Origin: Lytechinus pictus
Taxonomy: Eukaryota
Direction of reading: 5' to 3'
Length of the DNA: 64,000 nucleotides
NCBI RefSeq assembly: GCF_037042905.1
Contig: NW_026974140.1
Span: 870,001 to 934,000, forward strand
The notes below the pieces were generated by a model. It had not been told where the DNA came from, searched no databases, and saw nothing but the letters and a program-made list of their open reading frames with translations. Shown one piece after another: positions 38,455-51,327 of this stretch; positions within the stretch are counted from its first letter, which is position 1; every line of letters starts with the position of its first letter. The position numbers and the translations under genes were made by a program.

Positions 38455-40621
38455 ATTTCATTTATTTATTTATTTATTTCTGATATTTTGACAGGGTAGC
38501 CCATTCACCAATAAGTAGTGGTCTTCCATGGGGCCCTGAATAACAATAAACATATTTACAAAATGCATAACGTATGTACAGAACGTTACAGCATTAAGAT
38601 TCACATTAGGATTTGAATGTAAAACGAAACATTAACAAACTTAGCAGCAAACAAAACGCAGACGGGCACTCGTTTGACGTATAATAAAATATCAATAAAT
38701 CAAATTAATTAAGAAGGACATCTTGAAAATACTGATAATATACACCAAATCATCAAGGTCATGCTAACACAAAATAAGCACAACAGTGGATGTTCCGCAA
38801 GTTATTTATAAATTACAAGTTGTTTTAAACATTCTCTTAAATGAAATGACAGAAGGAGCTGTTCTAATTGAATTATCAAGCTTATTCCATTCAAATATTG
38901 AAGATACGATTGGACTACACTTATAACAATCAGTGCGAAACTTGGGCACGCGTAAATATCCACTGTCTCTCTGTCTGGTATGATGTTCATGTACATCAGT
39001 TGGATTGGTTAAGTTTACCTGAAGGTAAGAAGGTGCTAAATTATGAACACATTTAAATATCATCAAAACGCGACTGAGGTCAAATCGTTTGTCTAGTGTC
39101 ATCCATTTAAGACTTGTGAACAAATCAGCCGACGGTGTGTCGTATGTCTTGTTCAATATAATTCTTGCAGCCCTCTTCTGAATTTTTTGCAGCTTAATTG
39201 TATGGGATTGAAATCTATTCGACCATACAGCAGAACAGTAATCAAATCTTGGCAACACCAAACTGTTATAAAGCAACTTTAAGGACTGCACAGGCAAATA
39301 ACTTTTCGCTCTCTTTATTATGCCAATGCTTTTCTGAGTAAGTTTACATACATTTTCAATTTGTTTTGACCATTTCAGTTCTTCATCTATCAAAACTCCT
39401 AAGCATTTGGTGAATTGAACTCTATTTATCAAATCACCGTTTAACGAAATCGTGAAAGAATCTATTTTCCTGAGATTAGCACGAGAACCTATTATCATGA
39501 CACAAGTTTTTTCAGTGTTGAGGACGAGCTGATTATCTTTAATCCATGCCATGACCTTGTTTAATGCAACAGTTAATTTTTCTTCCAAAACTGTCGCATC
39601 ATTCGCACTGACGGTAAGTGTCGTGTCGTCAGCGTACATATCTATAATACCTTCATGAATACATTCAGGTAAACTATTAACATATATTGAAAACAAAAGG
39701 GGACTTAGAATTGACCCTTGTGGCACGCCTAATTTGACGAATGAAGGGTGCGATTTGGCTCCTTTGAATTGTGTCACTTGTTGTCGATCAAATAAATATG
39801 ATTTGAACCAAGTGATAGTCCTCTTACTACAACCAATGCAAGTTAATTTCTTTAAAAGCAGCTCATGGTCCACGGTATCAAAGGCCTTCCGAAGATCTAT
39901 GAACGCAACTCCAGAAATTAAATTGTTATCAATGTTTAACGACCACTGATTTACAAGTTTTGCAAGGGCAGTAGTTGTTGAATGCATAGGCCGAAAACCA
40001 GATTGATTTGGGTGTAATAAATTATTCACGTCCAAGAATTCACTTAGCTGTTGGAAGAACAGCCCTTTCTAAAATTTTACTCACGATTGGTAATATAGAA
40101 ATTGGGCGGTAATTATTCAACGAAGACATATCACCAGATTTAAATATTGGTACTACCCGAGCCTTTTTTCCATTCACGAGGAACAACTCCAGTAGTAAGG
40201 GATTTGTTAATAATATCACAAAGGGACTCTGCGATAACATTTTTTGTCATCTTTAAAAGTTTGCAGCTGACATGATCTTCCCCAGTTGATTTATCTATAC
40301 TCAGATTATCAATCTGTTTCAAAACAAAATCTCTAGTAATCAACTCTAGCTCAAATTGAGAGTGAATTGAACCAACATTTGTGTCATCTTCTACTTGAAC
40401 TCTCTGTTGAGATGTATCCCTTTGCAGGTCCTTAGTAATATTAGTAGCATTTGAAATGAAAAATTCATTAAATGCTTCAGCAATATTTGCATTGCCCGAC
40501 ACATCTGTTCCATCTACGTTTATGGTGTTGGGAGAAATAGGTAATGACTTGGGCACAAGTTCTCTCAAACATCTCCACATTTTCTTACTATTGTTTTGAT
40601 TTTGTGAAATCTGGTTAGCAT
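38455..40621 (-). mobile_element. CR1/L2-group LINE (duplicate copy)
   Basis: Identical ORFs 38806..40035, 40040..40240 and 40140..40580. Confidence 0.95.
38806..40035 (-). CDS. LINE reverse transcriptase fragment (duplicate copy)
   Basis: Identical protein to 15100..16329. Confidence 0.9.
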   Translation of the reverse strand: MDVNNLLHPNQSGFRPMHSTTTALAKLVNQWSLNIDNNLISGVAFIDLRKAFDTVDHELLLKKLTCIGCSKRTITWFKSYLFDRQQVTQFKGAKSHPSFVKLGVPQGSILSPLLFSIYVNSLPECIHEGIIDMYADDTTLTVSANDATVLEEKLTVALNKVMAWIKDNQLVLNTEKTCVMIIGSRANLRKIDSFTISLNGDLINRVQFTKCLGVLIDEELKWSKQIENVCKLTQKSIGIIKRAKSYLPVQSLKLLYNSLVLPRFDYCSAVWSNRFQSHTIKLQKIQKRAARIILNKTYDTPSADLFTSLKWMTLDKRFDLSRVLMIFKCVHNLAPSYLQVNLTNPTDVHEHHTRQRDSGYLRVPKFRTDCYKCSPIVSSIFEWNKLDNSIRTAPSVISFKRMFKTTCNL

Positions 40622-40990
40622 TATATTATATTGTATCATTGATGGTTCCAAATAATATCTACAACATTTTCATGATCCTTTATTGGGACAGCCCTGGTTT
40701 TTTGCACCTATTTTCCTGGTCGGTATGCAAATGAGGGGGCTGGTGGCGTCATCCACTATTTGTTTGTATTGCATTTTAAGAAATATTCGAATTTTCTCCT
40801 TATTTTCCAGTAAAAACTAAATAATTCGTCCTTAAACATGTGGAATTAGCAAGGTTAAATATTGTATGGTTCAGACAAATTAGTCCTTATTGTCAAATAT
40901 GTAAAAACTAGAAATTTGACGTGTCCAAAGGACGCGAACAGAAATCAATTCAATATGACTGAACTTAACATCGTGCAAAAACAAATATGC

Positions 40991-41038
<48 letters not shown>

Positions 41039-42948
41039 AACAAATTTAGACCAATTCACATATATAATGAGGTATGACATGTGACCTGCGGACTCTGAAT
41101 TCGAACTTAGCCTGTATTTTGGTGGCATCTACCTACACACAATTTTTTTTTTCAATCTGTTGATTATTCCATAATTTATCATGTGGAAACCAACTCGCAT
41201 ATTTAATTAGCTGTGGCCTTTGACCTGCGGACTCCAAATTCGAACTTAGCCTGTACTTTGGTGGCATCTACCTACACACCATTTTTTGTTTCTGTTGATT
41301 ATTCCATAATTTATCATGTGGAAACCAACTCGCATATTTAATTAGCTGTGTCCTTTGACCTGCGGACTCCAAATTCGAACTTAGCCTGAATTTTGGTGTC
41401 ATCTACCTACACATCAATTTTTTTTAGACTATTTAATATTTTTAGAGGCATTGCGCAGAAACGAAGTGGGGGACGGACGGACGGACGGACGGACGGGGGG
41501 ACGGGGGCAATTGTATAATCTAAGGACGTTGCACAGTTATGTTTGTGCGCATAATGATCTGCGCATATTTACACTCTGCGCGCTGACGTCACAATGGATG
41601 AACAGATTATTAATCAGCTGTAGATGTGAGCTGATTTTTCTCCTTATCTGCAGTAACTGCAGATCCAATGTGTTATCTTATGAAGCTAGTAAACTGGAAT
41701 TATTCCGTGGACCATTTTTAATTACCTCTATTTCAAAATACTTTACTCTGTAGTGCTGCAAAGTATGACGAATATGACCCCGAGTTTGGAAATATGGCAA
41801 AGTTGTTTGGAATTTTTCCTCACATAGATACAAAGCTTTTGGCGCGTTTTCGGCTGTTTTAAAAAGCACATTTTTTTCCAATCAAAGTACTGATAGTTTG
41901 GAAACAAGCACATGAACCCATATTTTTCAATGTTTGCACCTCTTAGGTATACCATCCTCTACAACTTTGCAAAGTTTGGTAAAAATTACATGGGTTTTTA
42001 ATAAAGTGCAGCATTTGTTGTACTTTTCAAGTTTGTTATTGAAATATCACATTTTTGAGGTTGAGTTTTTGTTATCTTTCGCGCAATTTCTAAGAACTGA
42101 GTGCTGTTAGACTTAAAAAAGCAAACAATAGCAATATAAATAGATTATCCATCTTAAGGATACAATTATTAATATAACATTGAGAGATTTGATGACATTG
42201 TCATGGATTTTGACTAAAGCTTTAAACTATTATTGTTGTGATCTCGTGGGGTCTAAAAATGCCAAATTCTTTTGAATACGCATTTCTTAACATCCATTTA
42301 GGTGCAGTATGAAGCTCTCTAGCAAAAAATCAAGCACATGGACCCATGCTAATTGTTACATGTTTGGAATATTCAGGTGCGAAATTATCTATACACAACA
42401 AAAAAAGTAAGTCCCCCCTTAAACAAACATCAATAATTTCCGAACCAATGCGGGTTTTTAGTATATTTTTACATGAGCGTGTAGATAATTTTATACGCTA
42501 CCCTCTGAGTAAATGTTATGGACGTATTTTCCGTCATGCTTCAGTGAGCACCGTCAAAAGGCAAACATGTCACTTTTCAAAAGTCACATGCCAAATATCA
42601 TGACTTTGATTCCATTTCATTGGAACTAATTCCACATTCTCATCATGAAAAATAGTCAGAAGGCTTGTAAAAGGTTCTTTCTAAAAGACGATAGAATTTT
42701 TTGGCTAAATTTCACGGTTGAATAAACTTAAGTCCAAATTTGCTATAATTGAATTTTTACCCCACTTCTATCAATAAAAATGATAGAATGTAATGACATT
42801 TTTTTTTCTTCAACAGCATTCATCATTTAACGGTTCAATGAACATTAATTGAAAACAAAAATTACGATTTTCAAATATCATAGGCAAGTATTGTTTCATT
42901 TTGGTAACTGAAAATGATCTTTTCTCAATTTTTTCGTTATGTTCATGA

Positions 42949-44989
42949 CGGTTTGACGGTATTTCCAACCTCCTACTTAAGAAAATTATTTTGGCTATCG
43001 TCGATCCTTTGGTGCATATATTTAATATTTCTTTGAAAACAGGAAGGATACCCAGTCTTATGAAAATCGCAAAAGTAGTCCCTCTTTTTAAAAAAGGAGA
43101 TAATCAGCTCGTCTCCAACTACCGTCCCATATCATTGCTCACCTCGTTATCAAAAATTCTTGAAAAACTTGTCCATACACGAACTAGTACGTTCTTTAAA
43201 AATAGCTATATCTTTTCGGACTTTCAATTTGGGTTTCGCGAAAATCACAGCACCTCGCATGCAATTTTATCTTTCATTAACAAAATCACTACTTCCACTG
43301 ACAAAGGTTGTCACACTGTGGGTATTTTCCTGGACTTCTCCAAGGCCTTCGATACCATTAAACACGAAATTCTTTTGTATAAACTATCTCATTACGGTAT
43401 TAGGGGGAAGGCCTTGGAGTGGTTCAAGAGCTACCTTACAGATAGGACTCAGTTTGTATCAATAAACAATCACAATTCATCCAACCTTCCAATTACATGC
43501 GGGGTACCACAGGGTGGCTTAGTCGGCCCTCTTCTTTTTATCACTTACATTAATGACATCCACAAAACTTCAAATTTACTTTCATTCATACTCTTTGCTG
43601 ATGATTCCAACATTTTCTTTTCTCATGATAACATAAACCAACTTATTAGGATTGTTAACTCTGAACTCATGCATGTGACTGAATGGATCAAGGCAAATAA
43701 ACTCTCACTTAACTTACAAAAGACCAATTACATGCTATTTAGTAATAGAATAAATAGTTTGCCCGACAATCTCATTTTTGATAATACTGTCCTTGAAAAT
43801 GTTTCTGAAACAAAATTCTTGGGTGTACTTATTGATAATAAATTATCATGGAAACCACACATCGACAATATATGCAAAACAATTTCAAGAAATATTGGAA
43901 TTATCAACAAGCTCAAAATTTTTCTTCCATCTCGTACACTACTTACACTATATCACACCTTAATATTACCATACATTAATTACGGTATTTTGGCATGGGG
44001 TTGTGCAATCCAAACACAATTACATAGGATACTTTTGTTACAGAAAAAAGCACTAGGATAATATTTCATACACATTTCAGATGTCACACAGATAAATGAT
44101 TTTTTGAAAATAAAATCCTTAAAGTTAATGATACATATTTGTTCCAACTCGGCCAATTTATGTACAAACTAAATAAAGATGATCTCCCCGCAATTTTTTC
44201 AATTATGTTCTGCAAAAACTCCTCTGTACACGATTATCCTACAAGACAACGAAACTCATATCACCTACCTCCAACCCGAACTTTACTAGCAAAAAATTAT
44301 TTTGTCTTTTCTGGTCCCGTATATTGGAATTCCTTGCCCGACGCCTTTAAGGAATCCCCAAGCATCGCAGTTTTTAAACATAACCTTAAAAAGATGCTTA
44401 TTAGCCAATACTTTACACAAACAAGTCAATCTACCATATAACCAAAACTATATACAACAAAAACTTTTTTCTTAACCTCCCAGGATACAACTTGCCTGCC
44501 GACCTTTTCCCGCACCTGCCATGCTCCTCTTTGCACCTCCAATTGTACCTGCACCCCCCCCCCCCTCTTTCCTTACATTTCCTTCTCAGTTCCTCCCTCA
44601 TTATCACAAATATTGTAACCATATTGTTATTATTTTTAATTATTATTATTACTATTATCAATTATTCTAATTTGTGTTACTCTTTCGTTGTTACCTTTGA
44701 TATTTTGTATAGCCTCCCTTTAAACTGTCTCCCGTCTCTCCTTTATATTATAGTTTTGTAATGTTACGGGGGCTTGCCTCTCATACAAGCTTTGCTTTTC
44801 TTGGCAAGCCCCTCCGTTCTGTTTTATATAGTCATTATAGTCAAAGTTACTTTAGTTCGCATTAGTTCTCATTGTTTATACCTTACTCCGATTGATGTTG
44901 TACTTCATATTTGACTATGTATTGTTTGATTTTGTTGTGCTTTGTGAACGGAAAATGAATAAATCTAAATCTAAAAATCTAAATCTAAA
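42949..44989 (+). mobile_element. CR1/L2-group LINE, second family (duplicate copy)
   Basis: Duplicate of 19240-21277 with one M>I change in the RT ORF. Confidence 0.95.
42991..44061 (+). CDS. LINE reverse transcriptase fragment (duplicate copy)
   Basis: ORF track, RT motifs. Confidence 0.9.
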   Translation: MAIVDPLVHIFNISLKTGRIPSLMKIAKVVPLFKKGDNQLVSNYRPISLLTSLSKILEKLVHTRTSTFFKNSYIFSDFQFGFRENHSTSHAILSFINKITTSTDKGCHTVGIFLDFSKAFDTIKHEILLYKLSHYGIRGKALEWFKSYLTDRTQFVSINNHNSSNLPITCGVPQGGLVGPLLFITYINDIHKTSNLLSFILFADDSNIFFSHDNINQLIRIVNSELMHVTEWIKANKLSLNLQKTNYMLFSNRINSLPDNLIFDNTVLENVSETKFLGVLIDNKLSWKPHIDNICKTISRNIGIINKLKIFLPSRTLLTLYHTLILPYINYGILAWGCAIQTQLHRILLLQKKALG

Positions 44990-45749
44990 TTAACATGCTT
45001 CAATGATTCAAAGACGTTTAATTAAACATTCACGCTTGAATGAACATGTGGAATGTGATTAGCTCTTTTTTAAGTTATTGGAAAAAATGCAATTTGTAAC
45101 TATGGATAGCTGTCACAAACCTCCTTGAATAATTCATTTGATTTGATTTTTATGAAAATCCCGATGTTTAATGCATCAGTGAGCACACAATATTCGAAAA
45201 TTATGCAAATGAGAAGAAAGTTCAAGGCCTTGGCCTCATTCTGTACCGTATCGAATGGTGATTTTAGTTGGCGCGCCTTTTGGATAGTCTTACTCTGAAG
45301 CCATGTGTGAAGTTTCATGAAATAACTGTTGGCAGAAGTAACAAAAACCGTCCATGAAACAAACCCTCAATTCATATTTGTTACAATTTTGACTTCCTCT
45401 CTCATAGACTTTTGTACATTATGGGTCCATATGTTTAAGAATAAGTAACCCCTTATTCAATATGGTTGAGCTTTTTTCAAGGCTACCTTTAGCAATGTCA
45501 TTTGTCAGTAATGTTTACCAACGTATGTGCAAATTCTGTGCCAAAAGGAAATCAATTTGTTTATTTATGGATGAGTGAGCACGCATCACATTTGGAAAAT
45601 GGGTATTTTCAATGTCACAGACTCAGTTTAAAGGGTAATAAAGTGAATATTGGCGGCAAATTCGGTTTCAAATGTGACTTTTTTTTAACCAGTACTGGTC
45701 TTCTTTATTTAAATAAAAATATACACACATATAATGTACACAAACAACA

Positions 45750-48700
45750 GTTTTACAAGTTATTCAGTATTAAACTCCATTTGCTCATATTCATATCCAA
45801 ATTTTCCTTTCGTTTACCTCTCTCATTATCATATATTTTTCCAGAACATATATGAACATAATTTTCAAATCATAAAACTTCATCTTTTTCATTGTAACTA
45901 ATGTTATCTTGTAACATTTGTAAATAGATTATAATGCATAATTCAACATTAAATTTATTTATTTTCCTTATTATTTTCTTAGACCGTAAACAATATGCTG
46001 AGGCTACAAACGAAAATTTTGAATTAGACATTTTCTTATGAGTGCTTCGACGTATTTCCGAAGCTTATCAACCTCTGTACAGAACCAAAACAAATGTAAT
46101 AAATCACTCAACTTAGTGCACTCACTACAAATATCTGTGTTTCTTAAATTCCATTTTTTAAGTTACAGAGAGTAGGTAATAAATTATACATAAGATTGAA
46201 ATTAAAATGGGCTATGGTATTATCTTGAATACTTTTGAGTTTCAGTGTCCATGTAAACAACCAAGAATTCATATTTTCTTCATCCAAAATAATGCGGCCC
46301 TTGATCTTTCAACATTTAATTGCAACATCTCTTGATAAATTTGTTTTACTCTAGAGTTACAATTAAGCAATGTATCTATAGATGGCATACAGGACTCATT
46401 ATTCTAAATTGAATATTTAAATTTTCTAAACAAAGCAAGGTTATTTTCTTTTAGTTGTTCTCTCCATATTTTTGGTATTGACATTATACAAACTGCATAT
46501 TCTGACAACTATTGTCCATCAAGATTGACGAACTTTTCTTTTAACTCATTTACAGTAAGAAAGGTATTCTTAGATACCAGATCACCGATGAACAAAATAT
46601 TTGACCGTATCCAGTTCCTAAATAACAACATCCTACCACTATGTCTGATATTGTTAAACCATAACAATTCTTTGCAAATCTCTGCACTTGAAATTATATT
46701 TTTCTTTTCCTTAAGCAATTTTTCTTTTTTAGAAGTAAAATAGACATATAATATTTCACGATAAAACTTTGGAATCGTTTTCAATGACAGGATATATTGT
46801 GGATCAAACTTACAATTTCTTAAAATAAAACTTCCACCTAATTTATCAAACCAATAATCAAACATCCATTTCCATTTTGATTTAGTGTCATCGAAATATT
46901 AATAAAGCCATTTTAGCTTAAAACTGTTTAATTGTATACCTAGATCTAACATATTTAATTCACCATTTGACAAATCACTAATTACCATCGTTCTTTTTAC
47001 TTTGTGAATTTTGGATCCCCAAAAAAGTTCATAATTAATTTGTCTATTTTTTTAACCAGGTCGTTTGGACAAAAATAATTTGAGCAGTGCATACAAATTT
47101 AGACAATATTAATGTTTTTAAGATAATTATCTTACCTTTATATGTAAGATTTCGTTGTTTGCAAATGTTAAGCAAACTTTCTATTTTATTAATTTTGTCC
47201 TTTGACCAATTAAGCTCGCAGCTCATAGATTCATGTTTGGTAAAAAATATACCGAGGGCTTTAACATAATTCTCAGCCCATGGAATATTACTTATCATTT
47301 CTAAAGGTTTATCTTTTCCCAACCACATGACTTGTGTTTTTTCCTTGTTTAAAATAACACCTGAAACTTTTCCAAGATCTATTATATGCTCTATGGCCTT
47401 ATTTCCTGAATAATTATTTTGCATAAAAAATGTCAGGTCGTCAGCTAGCTGACATAAATTAATTTCTTTAGAGTTTTCTCCAACACAAATTTCCTTTATA
47501 TCCTTATCACTTCTGATTTTGTTGCTGACAAACTCAACCGCTAAGATAAAAAGTAACGCAGATGACGGGCAACCTTGCCTTATCCCTCTAGTGGGGTAAA
47601 ATGTTTCTGTAAAATATCCATTCAAAAGAACGCAATTCGATATTTGTGTATATAGAATCGAAACCCATTTTCTGAACATTATTTTGAAACCATATTTTTC
47701 TAAACATTCATCAATAAAAGTCCACTCCAGACTGTCGAATGCTTTGTAGAAATCTACAAATATAAGACGACCATTAACCTTTTCAAGTTGTGTGTAGTTA
47801 ATAATATCCTGAATCACTTTTGCATTACAATACCCAATTCTACCTTTTATATAACCAACTTGATCTTCATTTATCAGTAATGTTAATATATTTTGCAATC
47901 TATTAGCTTAGACCATTGCAGCAAGCTTGTAGTCAACGTTGAGTAACGTTATTGGCCTCCAGTTTCTGATATCTTCTTTATCTCCCTTTTTATACAATAA
48001 TGTTATAATACCCTGTCGTTGGGTGTACGATAAACGTCCTTTCTCAAAACCTGCATTCAAACTAAACAAAATTAAATCCTGTATATCTTCCCAGAATTCG
48101 ATGTAAAATTCTAAAGTCAGTCCATCTCCGCCCGGTTTTTTATTTCGTTTCATATTTTTAAGTGCCTGTGTTATTTCTAATTTTGATATTTTACCTTCAC
48201 ATGTATTCGCTTCTTCACTTTTCAATTGTGGTCCATCTATGTCTTGAACGTAATCTCTAACCTCACATGTGTTCTTATTTAACGAAGTATATAATTTTGA
48301 GTAGAATTTATGCACATATTTCAAAATTTTACTCATGCTATGCTCATTTTTTCTTCCTATCTTCAAAGACGTGATAGTCTTTTTGACTGCATTCTGCCTT
48401 TCTGTTTCAACAAAATATTTCATATTTGTCTCCCCTTCTTCATAATACTGCACTCTTGACCTGATTTGTGCACCGGCACATTGTTTTGAGTAAAATTGTT
48501 CTATTTTCCTTCTCAATTCTACTATATATTTTTCATTGTTATCGTTTTCAGTGCTCTTAATCAACTCTTCATATTTCTTTTCTAAAGTTCTTATATTAAC
48601 ATTCTCTTTTATTTTTAATCGTTTGGCAAAACGAAGGGAGTTTTCTTTTATCTTGATTTTACAGAAATCCCAAACATATGACACATCCTTTTCACCTTTC

Positions 48701-49550
48701 GTCTCTTCTTTCATTCCACGTATTATATTTCTAATTAGTTACTTATATTCTTCATTCATTAAAAGGGAATTATTCAACTTCCAAAACCCTCTGCCTCGAT
48801 TGACATTTTCACAAATAAGTGTAAATGTAACTGCACAATGATCGGGGCATAAAGCTACTCGTTTTATGCATGCCTGCCTGACGTAATTGCATAAACAATC
48901 TGCTACAAGCCAAAAGTCTATTCTATAGAGGCCATTTTAAGAAATGTATTTCTGTACGTAAATTGTCTACTTTCTGGATGTAATTTTCTCCAAATGTCGA
49001 CTAATTTGTAATGTTTAATCAACTGATTATATTCAGGAAGCTTTTTATAAATAGACTTTGCTCTTAAGGTATCCAGCTCAGCCTTGTTTACACAATTGAC
49101 ATCACCTCCAAACACTAAGGCATACGACTTTATGTCCGTACGGCACTGAACCAAATTGCTCAGACGATGCAAAAACTTTATCTTTTCTTTCTTTTCTATC
49201 GGAATATATACATTTACCATGCACATTTTCCTATCACCAATGCTCATATTACGCAATATTATTCGTCCATTGCTGTCTATAGCACTAGAATCAATACAAA
49301 AGTCTAGTTTTTCTTTACACAGTATCAAAATACCTTTTCCATGATTACTACCGTATGAATGAAATGGCAGTCCCTTCCATTCTAACTTAATTCTTTCTAC
49401 CATATCCTGTATTAAAAAGGTTTCCTGTAAAAAAAAAGATATCTGCATTTTGATTTCTGAGCCATTGAAATAACATGTTTCTTTTTCTACTGTTCCTCAT
49501 TCCCCGCACATTATGTGAAAGGAGTGTGATACATTTGTCCGCGAAAGTAC
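45750..49550 (-). pseudogene. Tx1-type ORF2 (AP endonuclease + reverse transcriptase), broken by several frameshifts/stops
   Basis: Consecutive ORF pieces 48918..49448, 47908..48714, 47044..47898 and 46509..46865; N-terminal LLSHNVRGMRN at ~49520. Confidence 0.92.
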
Positions 49551-49942
49551 CGGTTTTTTTTGTTATTTATTTCTTATTTGATCCCTTTTTTCTCCTCTTT
49601 CTTTCTTGTCTGCCTTTACGTTTCTTCTCTTTGTCACTCACATTTTCTGATCGGTAATCAGTGGTTTCATAGCCATCAGTATTGTCGCTGTTCTCAGCTT
49701 CCGAGCTTTGACTAACATTAGCAGCGTGGCTGCTTCTCAACCAAAGATCTGGCAAGCTCCGTTGTGTAGAACGCTCTTCACGCGTGGTCCGAGTGTTTAC
49801 GTCTGTATGCTTCAACGGACTTCTATGGACGACGGCATTGACCTTGATTGTATTGGCACGATCACTTGACGCACGATCATTCTCATTGGTACCAAATGGG
49901 CGTTCCCCCAATCCTGGAATATCTTCACCAACGGCGCCATTT

Positions 49943-50812
49943 TTAAAGATCGGTTTGATCACGTGACTCATCACATTCGAAGCTTTTGTGGCCAGGTCGC
50001 TTACATCGTTTGCATACGAATGGCTTGACGCAAGTTGAGGCGTGGTGACCAGTATCCAGGCACCTCGAACACGTTGCTACGGACGCTCCCTTTGATTGCG
50101 CTTGCCCATCATGGAAAATTCTCGCATTGAAAGAGGCGAGAATGGTATGGCGATCAAGCGGATTATTTAGCTTCTCCACGTATACAACCCTGTCGCCATT
50201 TAGACATGATGTAAGCTGACCATTTACACGTAATCTTTGCCTCGTTATCTTCCCTTTCACTTTACATTTCATCTCCTCTAACTCCTGTGCTATCACCTCG
50301 TCACTCACTGATAGAGGAATGTCCTTTACTGTAATTCTCAGTAGATTTTCACTCCTCTCCTTTAAGAAGGGGTTTGTGTCGAAGATGGGTATGTTTACAC
50401 CTCTCATTCTCAAACCTTGAGCTAGTAAGGGTAATCTGTTCTCTCTCTCTTTCAAATAAATTCTCCATAATCCACCCACCTTTTGTATACCCATGATGTT
50501 TTCAGGAGCAATCGACTTAGAAATGGCAAGATAGATCTCCTCTCCTGTGGGCTGGTTCAAATCCGCATTAGGAATGTCTGCTTGACGCATGAATACGGGT
50601 TTCGAACCGGCATCTCGTCGGCTTGGGTTATCGGCCGTTGCTTTCTCAGCATAGGTACTATCTATATCCCTCCTAAATCCATCTCTATCTCTTCCATCAC
50701 CCTTCGAGTGATTTTCAATGTCCACTGATGAACGTGTTGGTACCTCCATCGTGGTGTAGACGAATACGTTTTTTAAGATAAGATTTCCGAAAATGTGAAA
50801 TTTAAGATACAA
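49943..50812 (-). CDS. Tx1-type ORF1 nucleic-acid-binding protein (zinc knuckles); likely start at ATG ~50749; frameshifted basic C-terminal tail in 49567..49974
   Basis: CSRCLDTGHHASTC and CKRCKRPGHKSFEC knuckles follow an RRM-like region. Confidence 0.88.
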   Translation of the reverse strand: MYLKFHIFGNLILKNVFVYTTMEVPTRSSVDIENHSKGDGRDRDGFRRDIDSTYAEKATADNPSRRDAGSKPVFMRQADIPNADLNQPTGEEIYLAISKSIAPENIMGIQKVGGLWRIYLKERENRLPLLAQGLRMRGVNIPIFDTNPFLKERSENLLRITVKDIPLSVSDEVIAQELEEMKCKVKGKITRQRLRVNGQLTSCLNGDRVVYVEKLNNPLDRHTILASFNARIFHDGQAQSKGASVATCSRCLDTGHHASTCVKPFVCKRCKRPGHKSFECDESRDQTDL

Positions 50813-51179
50813 ATCAGAGAGAAATTTCTGCGATCGTATGAAAGCGCCCTCTCAATGCAAATGTGACTTTAATTGCAGTTATTTTTATCATCCATCATTT
50901 CTATCACCACACACTTTCCGAACTTTAAACATTTTCATGGTTGAGCGAGCACATTTGAAAACTTAGGAATGAATACTCTTTATACTGCATAAATGTATTG
51001 TTTTCCTAACAATTTCTCATAATCAGTTTAATTCATGGACAAGTCAGTGGTGGATCCAGAATTTATAAATGGTGGAGGGGCCTATAATCGGCGGAGCCAC
51101 CAACATTTTCAAATTTTAATATGATCTAACAAGTTGTACAGGATACTACCATAAACCCCTATGATGATACGTCACAATA

Positions 51180-51327
51180 CAGGGGCCGCGGAACGGGGGG
51201 GGGGGGGGGGGCTGACCATGCAAAAAATCACAATCGTATGGTAATGTTTACATTTTTGTACATGCTTATGGAAAAAGTGGTGGGGGAGCTGAAGCCCCCC
51301 CCCCCCCCCCCGCTTCCGCGGCCCCTG
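51180..51327. mobile_element. 148-bp MITE with 5-bp TSD
   Basis: CAATA|CAGGGGCCGCGGAA...TTCCGCGGCCCCTG|CAATA. Confidence 0.9.

Larger units (their letters stand above)
22947..46658. repeat. Tandem segmental duplication, complete ~23.7-kb unit (copy 2)
   Basis: 23713 onward repeats position 1 onward. Identity ends at ...GATATTGTTAAA (22946/46658), after which copy 2 continues into the intact Tx1 element. Confidence 0.97.
45682..50857 (-). mobile_element. Full-length, disabled Tx1/L1-clade non-LTR retrotransposon
   Basis: 13-bp TSD CAAATGTGACTTT at 45669-45681 and 50858-50870. ORF1 has two CCHC knuckles. ORF2 has APE (NVRG, LQET, GGD.N, DIWR..HP) and RT (WRPITLLNVDYK, DFYKAFDS, GIRQGCP, LADD) motifs. 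AATAAA and a short poly(A) mark the 3' end. Confidence 0.95.
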
